DNA from: Pseudomonadota bacterium
GTDB lineage: Bacteria > Bdellovibrionota_B > Oligoflexia > Oligoflexales > CAIYRB01
Assembly: GCA_031416315.1 (NCBI GenBank)
Contig: JANOTL010000073.1
Location: 1 to 64,000 of the forward strand
Direction: 5' to 3'
DNA length: 64,000 nucleotides
Under the pieces are notes generated by a model. The model had not been told where the DNA came from and did no database searches. It saw only the letters and a program-made list of their open reading frames with translations. The position numbers and the translations under genes were made by a program. Positions 29,234 to 37,275 of the stretch are shown in pieces; positions within the stretch are counted from its first letter, which is position 1; each line of letters starts with the position of its first letter.

Positions 29234-29936
29234 AGAGCGCCTCCTCTCCGTCCGCGACCGCATCGGCGCGATGGCGCTGCAGCACGCAGAAAGCGGCGCT
29301 GCCGCCGCGGCGATGATCGAGCGGCTGAGGTCGGCAACCTGCCTCTTCCGGTGCGGTCGTGGCGCAGACCTCGCCGGCGCCGTCGAGCATGACGAGATCG
29401 AGCGCCACGCGCCGCAAGGCCGAGGACGTCGCGGCCCAAAGCGCGCCGCAGACCATGATCGCCACGACGCCGATGCAAAGAAGGGCGACCGCGCCGTCCT
29501 CGCCCGGCGCCGCAGGCGGCGCGAAACGGAAGACGAAGTTCGGCCATGGCCTCGGCACCCCGGCATTTTGTTGTTCATGAAGCTCCGTGCGCAGCGCCAA
29601 GCCGGAGACGGCGCAGCCGCCGTCAGCCGCGCTGGGGACCTCCGGCGCTTGAGCCGCGTGAAGCCGCGTGAGCGCCTCAATTTTCGCTGCGTTCCAGCTC
29701 GCGGCCGAAGCCGGCGGCGGAAACCCGTCTGGATGCGCGGCCGCGGCCGCCGCCGCCGCCCCGAGATTGCGGACATAGGCCGCGACCGCCGCGCAACGGC
29801 GCAAGGCGCGCTCCGCCCGCGCGGCCTCCGTCCAATTGCCGAGCCGCGGCGCCAAAGATCCGAGGCTCGCGAGGCCGTGCGCCGCCGCGGCGAGCCCCAG
29901 GCCGAGCCGGGCGAGGAGCAGTAGAGATTCCGACAT
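29226..29936 (-). CDS. Hypothetical membrane protein with internal Tad-pseudopilin-like motif
   Basis: GGAGG RBS; GEDGAVALLCIGVVAIMVCG resembles the G-x-A hydrophobic TadE/G helix. Confidence 0.45.
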   Translation of the reverse strand: MSESLLLLARLGLGLAAAAHGLASLGSLAPRLGNWTEAARAERALRRCAAVAAYVRNLGAAAAAAAAHPDGFPPPASAASWNAAKIEALTRLHAAQAPEVPSAADGGCAVSGLALRTELHEQQNAGVPRPWPNFVFRFAPPAAPGEDGAVALLCIGVVAIMVCGALWAATSSALRRVALDLVMLDGAGEVCATTAPEEAGCRPQPLDHRRGGSAAFCVLQRHRADAVADGEEALCD

Positions 29937-30074
29937 GGCGCCTCCCGATAGGCCCGCGTCGCGGGCTTTTCCGGTGTTACGCCGAGGGCGGCTCCCGCGC
30001 GAACGACATCGGCAGTCCGGGACCGACATGTTATGCTCCGGTCGTTTGCAGCCGCCCCGGAGACGATCCGCCCC

Positions 30075-31100
30075 ATGTCCGACGTGCTCACCGTCGATCA
30101 GCTCGGCAAGACTTATCGAACCTTCAAGAAGGAGGCCGGCTTCCTCGGCGGCCTCAAGGCGCTCGTGAGGCGCCAGGAGGTCGCGGTGCCCGCCGTGCGC
30201 GACCTTTCCTTCAAGATCGCCAAGGGCGAGTTCGTCGGCCTGCTCGGCCCGAACGGCGCCGGCAAGACGACGACCCTGAAGATGCTGACCGGCCTCATCC
30301 GCCCCAGCGCCGGCAGCGCCAAGGCCTTCGGCAGCTACGACACCGCGCGGCGCTCGCCGCATTATCTCCGACGCATCGGCATGGTCATGGGCCAAAGAAA
30401 CCAGCTCAATCCGGACCTGCCGCCAGCCGACTCGTTCAAGCTCGCGCAGGCGATCTTCGGCATCGACCAGACGCGCTACGAGACCCGGCTGAAGCAGACG
30501 CTCGACCTCTTTGGCATCCACGACAAGCTGGAAGTGCCTGTGCGCAAGCTGTCCCTCGGCGAGCGCATGAAGATGGAGCTGATCCTCGCCATCCTGCACG
30601 AGCCCGAGCTCCTCTTCCTCGACGAGCCGACCATCGGCCTCGACTTCAACGCCGCGCGGCAGATCCGCGGCTTTCTTTTCGACGCCAACCAGAAGCTCGG
30701 GATCACCGTCGTCCTCACGAGCCACTATACGAAGGACATCGAGGAGCTGTGCCGGCGCGTCGTCCTCATCAATCACGGCCGCATGGTCTACGACGGCGCG
30801 CTTTCCGGCGTCGACGCGCGCATCCAAGGGCAAAAGGTCGTGACGATGACGCTCGCCTCCGCCGAAGGGGCGACGCGGGCCCGCGCCAGTCTGCAGAAAC
30901 GCGGGGTCCCCGTGCGCGAGGCCAACCTCGCGACGCCCGAGCAGCTGACCTTCGACGTCGGCATCAAGGAGACGGCCGGCGTCATTGCCGAGACCATTGC
31001 GGAGATCGGCGCCGGGCACGTCCACGATCTCAAGGTCAGCGAGCGCGAGCTCGACGACATCTTCTCCGAGATCTACCGCAAACCCGCCGGAGCCGACTGA
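30075..31100 (+). CDS. ABC-2 transporter ATP-binding protein
   Basis: GPNGAGKTT, LSLGERMK, LFLDEPT, TSH. Confidence 0.95.
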   Translation: MSDVLTVDQLGKTYRTFKKEAGFLGGLKALVRRQEVAVPAVRDLSFKIAKGEFVGLLGPNGAGKTTTLKMLTGLIRPSAGSAKAFGSYDTARRSPHYLRRIGMVMGQRNQLNPDLPPADSFKLAQAIFGIDQTRYETRLKQTLDLFGIHDKLEVPVRKLSLGERMKMELILAILHEPELLFLDEPTIGLDFNAARQIRGFLFDANQKLGITVVLTSHYTKDIEELCRRVVLINHGRMVYDGALSGVDARIQGQKVVTMTLASAEGATRARASLQKRGVPVREANLATPEQLTFDVGIKETAGVIAETIAEIGAGHVHDLKVSERELDDIFSEIYRKPAGAD

Positions 31101-31101
31101 G

Positions 31102-31911
31102 TTGGGCCGTCTCGCCGCGACGCGGCTTTATTACACGCAAGCGCTCTCGGTGGAGCTCGTCTACCGGTTCGCCTTGCTGCAGAGCTTCCTGACGATCGGC
31201 ATCACGCTTGCCGGCTTGCTCGCGTTCTGGCTCGCCGCCGGCGCCGCGGCGGGCGCCTCGTCGTCCTACACGCAGGGCTCGTTGATCGCCTACTTCCTGA
31301 TCGTCAGCGCGCTGGGCCTGATCCACGACAACCGCCTGAGCTGGAACCTGGGCTCGGCGATCCGCATGGGCAAGCTCTCCTCGTCGATGCTCCGCCCCTA
31401 TCCGTTCCTGCTTTCGCAGATCGCATTCGCCGCCGCGCACGCGACACTTCGCATCGTTCTGTGTACGCCGATCTTGATCCTGATCGCCGTCTTCGTTCCC
31501 GCGTTCGGGGATGCGATCAGCGCCATGCCTTACGAGGCGCTTTTGAGCTTTCTCGCGGCCATGGCTCTCTCCTTCGCGATCGGCTGGCTCGTGAAGATCG
31601 CGCTCGGGACGCTCGCGTTCTCGATGACGCAGACCTGGGGCCCCGAGCTCATTTTCATGTCGTTTTACGCGGCGGCGAGCGGTATCGCCTACCCGCCCGA
31701 CCTCCTGACGGGAATGATGAAGGCGGCGATCGGTTGGACGCCGTTCTATTACATGATCGGCTTTCCGACGCTGGTTCTCCTCGGGCGCATTGCGGGGCCG
31801 ACGCTCGAGGCCGAGCTCCTGCGCGGCGTCTTAGTCCTCGGCGTCACGCTCGCGCTCGTCATCGTCCTGTGGCGGCGCGGCCTGACGCAATTCGAAGCGG
31901 TGGGCATCTGA
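31102..31911 (+). CDS. ABC-2 permease (DUF990-like)
   Basis: 6 TM segments; IRMGKLSSSMLRP, PFYYMIGFP, FEAVG; TTG start inferred. Confidence 0.85.
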   Translation: MGRLAATRLYYTQALSVELVYRFALLQSFLTIGITLAGLLAFWLAAGAAAGASSSYTQGSLIAYFLIVSALGLIHDNRLSWNLGSAIRMGKLSSSMLRPYPFLLSQIAFAAAHATLRIVLCTPILILIAVFVPAFGDAISAMPYEALLSFLAAMALSFAIGWLVKIALGTLAFSMTQTWGPELIFMSFYAAASGIAYPPDLLTGMMKAAIGWTPFYYMIGFPTLVLLGRIAGPTLEAELLRGVLVLGVTLALVIVLWRRGLTQFEAVGI

Positions 31912-32717
31912 TGCGGCGCTTCTTTCGGATGTTCGCCGCGACCTTCGCCGTCTCGACCTCGACGATGCTGATCTATCGCGCCAACGTCTTCTTCTTCGTC
32001 TGCTTCGAGATCTTCTTCCTCGCCGCGCAGTTCCTGTCGGTGAAACTGGGCTTCGACTTAGCCGGCGGCAACGTCGCGGGGTGGACGCGCGAGCAGGCCT
32101 ACGTCCTGACGGCGGTGAACGGCCTAAGCCACCAGCTCTTCATCTGCTTCTTCATCAATCCGATCTTCAACCTCGCCGGGCAGGTCTGGAACGGCCAGTT
32201 CGACTATCTTTTGATGAAGCCCTTGCCGCCGCTGCTCGCCATGTTTTTCCACGGCCAGTACGCGATCTCGAACCTGCCCACCCTGATCGTCAACGCCGTC
32301 GCCGTCGTCCTTTTGCTCGTCGCGGGAACCGGCGGCGGCCCGCTTACCGCCGAAAAGATGCTGGTTTTCTCGGTATTTTTTCTCGTGGGCGTGATGGTGC
32401 GCGTATCGCTCGCCGTCCTCTGCATGGCTCCGGTCTTCTTCTCCGAGCGCCTGGCCGACGTCGAGGAGGGCTTCTGGTCGCTCGCCTCGCTCGGCAAGTA
32501 TCCGCTCGCGACCTATCCGCGCGGCCTAGCGCTCTTCCTGACTTTCGTCTTGCCGATCGGGATGCTCGGCGCGTTCCCGGCCGAGACGCTGTTTCACGAG
32601 ACCGCGCCGCTCCGGCTCCTTCTGGCGCTCGGAGCCTCGCTCTTGTTCTGCGTCGTCGCGGTCCTGGGATTCAAGGTGGCCCTGACGCGCTATCAATCGG
32701 TCAACTCGGGCGTTTGA
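31911..32717 (+). CDS. ABC-2 permease (DUF990-like)
   Basis: YRANVF, GWT, GQFDYLLMKP, KYPLATYP, RYQS; TGATG coupling. Confidence 0.88.
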   Translation: MRRFFRMFAATFAVSTSTMLIYRANVFFFVCFEIFFLAAQFLSVKLGFDLAGGNVAGWTREQAYVLTAVNGLSHQLFICFFINPIFNLAGQVWNGQFDYLLMKPLPPLLAMFFHGQYAISNLPTLIVNAVAVVLLLVAGTGGGPLTAEKMLVFSVFFLVGVMVRVSLAVLCMAPVFFSERLADVEEGFWSLASLGKYPLATYPRGLALFLTFVLPIGMLGAFPAETLFHETAPLRLLLALGASLLFCVVAVLGFKVALTRYQSVNSGV

Positions 32718-32718
32718 C

Positions 32719-33570
32719 GTGATGCAGAAGCGCTTCGTCCTCTTCGGGTTCTTATTCCACGCGCTCCTCCTGTTCCTTCCCGAGCTCTGGGCGCCCGCGT
32801 GGAAAGCGACGCGCAACGTGCGCAAGCCGCGTCCGGTGAAAGTGCGCATCACTTCGACGCCCGCGACGAGCGGGGCGTCCACAAAGTCGTCGCGCCCGGC
32901 CGGCGCCTCACTCCTGACGCCGGTGGCTCCCGGCTCGCGCAGGCCGCCTTCGGCGACGCCGCGGCCCTCAGGCCCGAAAATCACGCGCTACGAGGACTTT
33001 CTACCGGGCGCCGCCTGGCACGGCGGCGAAGGTGGCGACGAGTTTGGGGACGGCGCGCCGGGCGGCGGCGGCGGTGCCATGCCTCCCGGCCTCAAGGCAG
33101 AGACCGACGTCTTCTCCGGCAAGCTCGACGTGCCGCTCGTCTTTCGCGCCAAGACCGCGACGGCGAAAGCGGTCGCGAAGATCGTCCGCGGGCCCGACGG
33201 GAAATACCTTTTCGAGTACGTCGACGGCGAGCCGGTCCTGCGCGCCGTCCTCTTCGAGGCGATGCGGAGCCAAGACGGTTTCAAGCAGATTTTGCGGCTG
33301 ATGGCGCAGCTCGAGACCGCGGAGCTCGTCGTCGTCTTGCGTCAGGAGGTCGTCCAAGGCGGCGGGTTTACCGGCGAGACCTTCGAAAATTACGCGATCG
33401 AAGGGACGAAGCTCACGATCGCGAAGACGCACGTGCTCGGCGTGCCCCACCGCGGCTTCTCCTTGCCGGACGCCGAGGCGGAGCGCGCCGTCGCGCGCGA
33501 TGCCGCGCAATTCGAGCGGCTCAAGTCCTCACCGGCTTATCAAGGGCCGGTGAGAAATCGGGAGCCTTGA
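32719..33570 (+). CDS. Membrane-anchored Pro/Gly-rich hypothetical protein (TonB-like N-terminus)
   Basis: N-terminal TM with His (FLFHALLL), Pro-rich linker, globular C-terminus. Confidence 0.6.
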   Translation: MMQKRFVLFGFLFHALLLFLPELWAPAWKATRNVRKPRPVKVRITSTPATSGASTKSSRPAGASLLTPVAPGSRRPPSATPRPSGPKITRYEDFLPGAAWHGGEGGDEFGDGAPGGGGGAMPPGLKAETDVFSGKLDVPLVFRAKTATAKAVAKIVRGPDGKYLFEYVDGEPVLRAVLFEAMRSQDGFKQILRLMAQLETAELVVVLRQEVVQGGGFTGETFENYAIEGTKLTIAKTHVLGVPHRGFSLPDAEAERAVARDAAQFERLKSSPAYQGPVRNREP

Positions 33571-33584
33571 AAGCCTCCGACGCT

Positions 33585-34688
33585 TTACGGCGTACAGGCG
33601 CGAATCACCGGCGCGGCGGTCCCTGCCGCAGTCGGACACGTCGCCTCGGTCTTCTCCACGTCGCCGTCGGAGATGAGGAGCCGGGTGAGCTTCGGCAGCG
33701 TCGCGATCGGCACGAGGCTGTCGAGCTTGTTGCCGGTGACGTCGAGCCAGATGAGATTGCTCGCCCCGGCGATCGGGCTCAGGTCGGTGACCCGGTTTTG
33801 CGAGACGTCGAGCCATTCGAGCTGCGTCAGCCCGCGCAAGGCGGAGAGGTCCGAGAGCCGTTGCCCCTGGTACCCCTGCAGAATGATGCGTTTCACCTGC
33901 GTCAGGTCGGCGTTGGCCTCCTTGCAGTCGACCTTCTCCAAAGACCTCATGATCGCGAGGGCCGTCCCCAGCTCCGCATCCGTCGCCGCGGGATCATTGC
34001 AAATGGCGAAAAACCCGCGCGCGAACGTCACCTCGACCGCGACCGGGTCGCCTTCGGCCTCGCCCGCTTTCGGCACGAGAAATGCGGTGCAAGCCGCGGC
34101 GCCCGCGGGAACGCCGTAGCCGTCGGCCGAAGTGAGACGCGCGCCGTCGATCGCGAAGTAGTTGGGGCACGATTGATCGCGCAGCTCGACCAAGGCGCCA
34201 GCCGAGAGCGTCAAGCGGACCGGCGCGATCGCGTTGCCCGCGCTCACCGTCTGCGCGAGCGCGCCGTCGGCGGTCAGCGCGGGCCGACCGACGCAGACGC
34301 CGTCGGTCCACGTCGCGGCTGGATCGGCCTCGCACGCGAGCTCGACCTCGGCGACGCATTTGCCGCCCGTGTAGCTCCAAGCGACGACCTCGCCGCACTG
34401 CTCTTCGCTCGCGTCGGCATAGGCGATGCATTGACCGTCCCACCAACCGGCGGCTTCGATCTTATGGCAATCGTCCGGCGTCTCCACGGTCGCGAGCGCG
34501 AGGGAGGAGTCTTCTTTGCAGCTGCCGCCGACCCAGCTGAAGCCTGGACGCGCCTCGCAGCGGTCGGGCGCGGAGATCTCGGCCGTGCGCTCGGTCTCGG
34601 CCTTTCCCCAGCCTTTCACGAATCCGGAGTTGCAGGCGGTCGCGGCGAGCGCGGCAAGCGCGAGCCAAGAAGCGAGGGCGAGGCGCAT
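33585..34688 (-). CDS. Lipoprotein with Cys-rich repeats and internalin-like LRRs
   Basis: Lipobox ATAC; W.xG.C repeats; LSDLSALRGLTQLEWLDVSQNRVTDLSP. Confidence 0.85.
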   Translation of the reverse strand: MRLALASWLALAALAATACNSGFVKGWGKAETERTAEISAPDRCEARPGFSWVGGSCKEDSSLALATVETPDDCHKIEAAGWWDGQCIAYADASEEQCGEVVAWSYTGGKCVAEVELACEADPAATWTDGVCVGRPALTADGALAQTVSAGNAIAPVRLTLSAGALVELRDQSCPNYFAIDGARLTSADGYGVPAGAAACTAFLVPKAGEAEGDPVAVEVTFARGFFAICNDPAATDAELGTALAIMRSLEKVDCKEANADLTQVKRIILQGYQGQRLSDLSALRGLTQLEWLDVSQNRVTDLSPIAGASNLIWLDVTGNKLDSLVPIATLPKLTRLLISDGDVEKTEATCPTAAGTAAPVIRACTP

Positions 34689-34816
34689 CGTAAAAACCCT
34701 TTCATTTTGGGGATTTGGTAAGAAACGAGCGCGATAAACTTTCCTTACCACAAAGCGGCGGCCTTGAGATACGATCCGCCGCCGCTCATCGAATGATTCG
34801 GGAAAAGGAGCCTTCC

Positions 34817-35452
34817 ATGCGTGCCCTCACGGCCGCCATCCTCGCGTTAGTCCTCAGTTCCACTTACCTTTTGAGCTCCCTTCAGATCGAGGCGCCGGCC
34901 GAGCTCGCGGCCGCCCGCGGGTTTGGATTGATCTTGCTTTCCGCTTGGGTCTTGCTCGAGGTCGTGCTCTTGCGCGCCGCTAAACCAAAAGTCGTGACCC
35001 AGACCGTCGCCGCGACCGTGCCGGCTCCGGCTCCGGTCGTCCCCGTGCGCGACTCGTCGCGGGACGCCGAGCGCGACGTCGTCAGCTTCCTCGGTTTGCT
35101 CCAGAGCCGCGGCCGCTTCATCGACTTCCTCATGGACGACGTGACCAAGTACTCCGACGCGCAGGTCGGCGCCGCGGCGCGCGTCGTGCATCAAGGCTGT
35201 GCCGGCGTCGTGACCGAGTATCTCGACGTCAAGCCGGTGCGCACCGATCCGGAAGGCACGGCCTTGACCCTGGAAAAAGACTACGACGCGCGCAGCGTCC
35301 GCCTCCTCGGCCGTGTGCTCGGCGAGCCGCCGTTCCGGGGCAAGCTCCTCCACCGCGGCTGGCAAACCGGCAGCGTGCGCCTGCCGCGCGCGACGCAGGA
35401 AGCCCCTGCGGGCGCCGGCATCATCGCGCCGGCGGAAGTGGAAGTGCACTAA
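34817..35452 (+). CDS. DUF2760-family membrane protein
   Basis: AGGAG RBS; two TM segments; LGLLQSRGRFIDFL.DD...YSDAQVGAAARVVH.GC, PPFRG.L.HRGW, IAPAEVEV. Confidence 0.85.
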   Translation: MRALTAAILALVLSSTYLLSSLQIEAPAELAAARGFGLILLSAWVLLEVVLLRAAKPKVVTQTVAATVPAPAPVVPVRDSSRDAERDVVSFLGLLQSRGRFIDFLMDDVTKYSDAQVGAAARVVHQGCAGVVTEYLDVKPVRTDPEGTALTLEKDYDARSVRLLGRVLGEPPFRGKLLHRGWQTGSVRLPRATQEAPAGAGIIAPAEVEVH

Positions 35453-35453
35453 G

Positions 35454-37274
35454 ATGAGCGTGACGAAGGGCATCGTCGGCATCGACCTCGGTACCTCGAA
35501 CTGCGCCGTGGCCACCATCGCATCCGGTGCGACCGTGCCGGTGCTTCTGGACGTCCCGCAGCTGGAGAGCGTCGGAGTGCAAGGCAGCGGTCGGCTTCTC
35601 CCCTCCGTCGCCTATTTGCCGCTGGAAGGCGAGCTCGCCTCGAGCGCGCCGGTCATCGGCCGCTTCGCGAGAGACCGCGCCGCGACCTTGCCCGACCGCG
35701 CGATCGTCTCGGCGAAGAGCTGGCTCTGTCACGGGGGCGTCGACCGCCGCGCGCCGATCCTGCCGTGGAAAGCGGAGATGGCGTCGGGCAAGCGCTCGCC
35801 CGTCGAAGTATCGACGCTCTTTTTGCGGCATTTGCGCGAGGCCTACCTGGCGCAAGGCGGGGCCGAGGATGCCGAGGTCGTCCTCACCGTTCCCGCCTCC
35901 TTCGACGAGGCGGCTCGCAACCTGACCTCCGAAGCGGCAGAGGCCGCCGGCTGGGGCCAAGCGACTTTGCTCGAGGAGCCGCTCGCTGCGCTCTATTCCT
36001 GGATTTTCGCGACCGGCGAAGGCGGCTTCGGCCTCCGCGCCGCGCTCTCTCCCGGCGACCTCGTCCTCGTCTGCGACGTCGGCGGCGGCACGACCGACCT
36101 GAGCCTCGTCGCGGTCGCCGAAGACGCCGGCGAGCTCCGTCTGGAGCGCATCAGCGTCGGCGAGCATCTCCTGCTCGGCGGCGACAACATGGACCTCGCG
36201 CTCGCGTATACTCTGAAAGCCCGGCTCGCCGCCGAAGGGCGTCAGCTCGACCACTGGCAATTTCTCTCGCTCACCGCCGCCGCGCGGCAGGCGAAGGAGC
36301 GCCTTTTGGCGGAAAACGCGCCGCCGGAGGTCTCCGTCTCCGTCGCGAGCCGCGGCGCGAGCCTTTTCGCGCAGACCATCTCGACGACCTTGACGCAAGC
36401 CGACGTCGAAAAAGTCATCGTCGACGGCTTCTTTCCGCTCACCGGTCCCGGCGATCTGCCGGCGGCTCGGCGTGGCACCGGTCTCTTCGAGCTCGGCCTC
36501 CCGTACGAGGCCGAGGCCGCCGTCTCGCGCCACCTCGCGCGCTTTCTCGCCGCGAGCCGCCGCAACGCGCAGTCGAGTCCCGAGCTCGCGAGGCTCATCC
36601 GCGAGCGCCTCTCTGCGTCTCGGGACGGCGGCCCACTCTTGCCGACCGCGATTCTCTTCAACGGCGGCGTCTTCAACGCGAAGATGCTGCGCGAGCGCGT
36701 GCTGAGCCTTCTTTCAGGCTGGGGCGAAGGCGCCCCCATGAAGGAGTTGGCGTCGCCGGCCTCGGCCGATTTCGATCTAGCCGTCGCGGTCGGTGCTGCG
36801 GCTTACGGCAGCTTGCGCCAAACGGGCAAGGGCCTGCGCATCCGCTCCGGCACGGCGCGTTCCTACTACCTCGGCATCGAGAGCCCGGTGCCCGCGGTCC
36901 CGGGCATCGAGCCGCCGGTGCGCGGCCTTTGCGTCGTCCCGCAAGGCACGGAGGAAGGCACGCGCCTCCCCTTCCCGAGCCAGCGCTTCGGCCTCGTCGT
37001 CGGCGAGCCCGCGGAGTTCCGCTTTTTCGCGTCGAGCGAGCGCGCCGGCGACGCCGTCGGCAGCACGGTGGAGGACGCAGCGCGGGCGCTCGTCGAGACG
37101 GCGCGCCTCGGCGCGACCTTGCCCGCGGGCGAGCGCCCGGCCGGCACGTTGGTACCCGTGACGCTCGAGGCGGAGGTTACGGAGCTGGGAACCTTGCGCC
37201 TCGCCCTGCGCGAGACGCCGGGCGACGGCCGCTGGCAGCTCGAGTTCGACGTTCGCGGCGTCGAGCCGTCTTGA
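35454..37274 (+). CDS. Atypical Hsp70-family ATPase
   Basis: GIDLGTSN, TVPASFD, LEEPLAA, DVGGGTTD, LGGDNMD; non-DnaK C-terminus. Confidence 0.9.
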   Translation: MSVTKGIVGIDLGTSNCAVATIASGATVPVLLDVPQLESVGVQGSGRLLPSVAYLPLEGELASSAPVIGRFARDRAATLPDRAIVSAKSWLCHGGVDRRAPILPWKAEMASGKRSPVEVSTLFLRHLREAYLAQGGAEDAEVVLTVPASFDEAARNLTSEAAEAAGWGQATLLEEPLAALYSWIFATGEGGFGLRAALSPGDLVLVCDVGGGTTDLSLVAVAEDAGELRLERISVGEHLLLGGDNMDLALAYTLKARLAAEGRQLDHWQFLSLTAAARQAKERLLAENAPPEVSVSVASRGASLFAQTISTTLTQADVEKVIVDGFFPLTGPGDLPAARRGTGLFELGLPYEAEAAVSRHLARFLAASRRNAQSSPELARLIRERLSASRDGGPLLPTAILFNGGVFNAKMLRERVLSLLSGWGEGAPMKELASPASADFDLAVAVGAAAYGSLRQTGKGLRIRSGTARSYYLGIESPVPAVPGIEPPVRGLCVVPQGTEEGTRLPFPSQRFGLVVGEPAEFRFFASSERAGDAVGSTVEDAARALVETARLGATLPAGERPAGTLVPVTLEAEVTELGTLRLALRETPGDGRWQLEFDVRGVEPS

Positions 37275-37275
37275 G

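Noticed and set aside
29226..31025. 599-aa minus ORF as a single gene
   Set aside because: The upstream part is antisense to the ABC ATPase; only 29226-29936 has an RBS and plausible sequence
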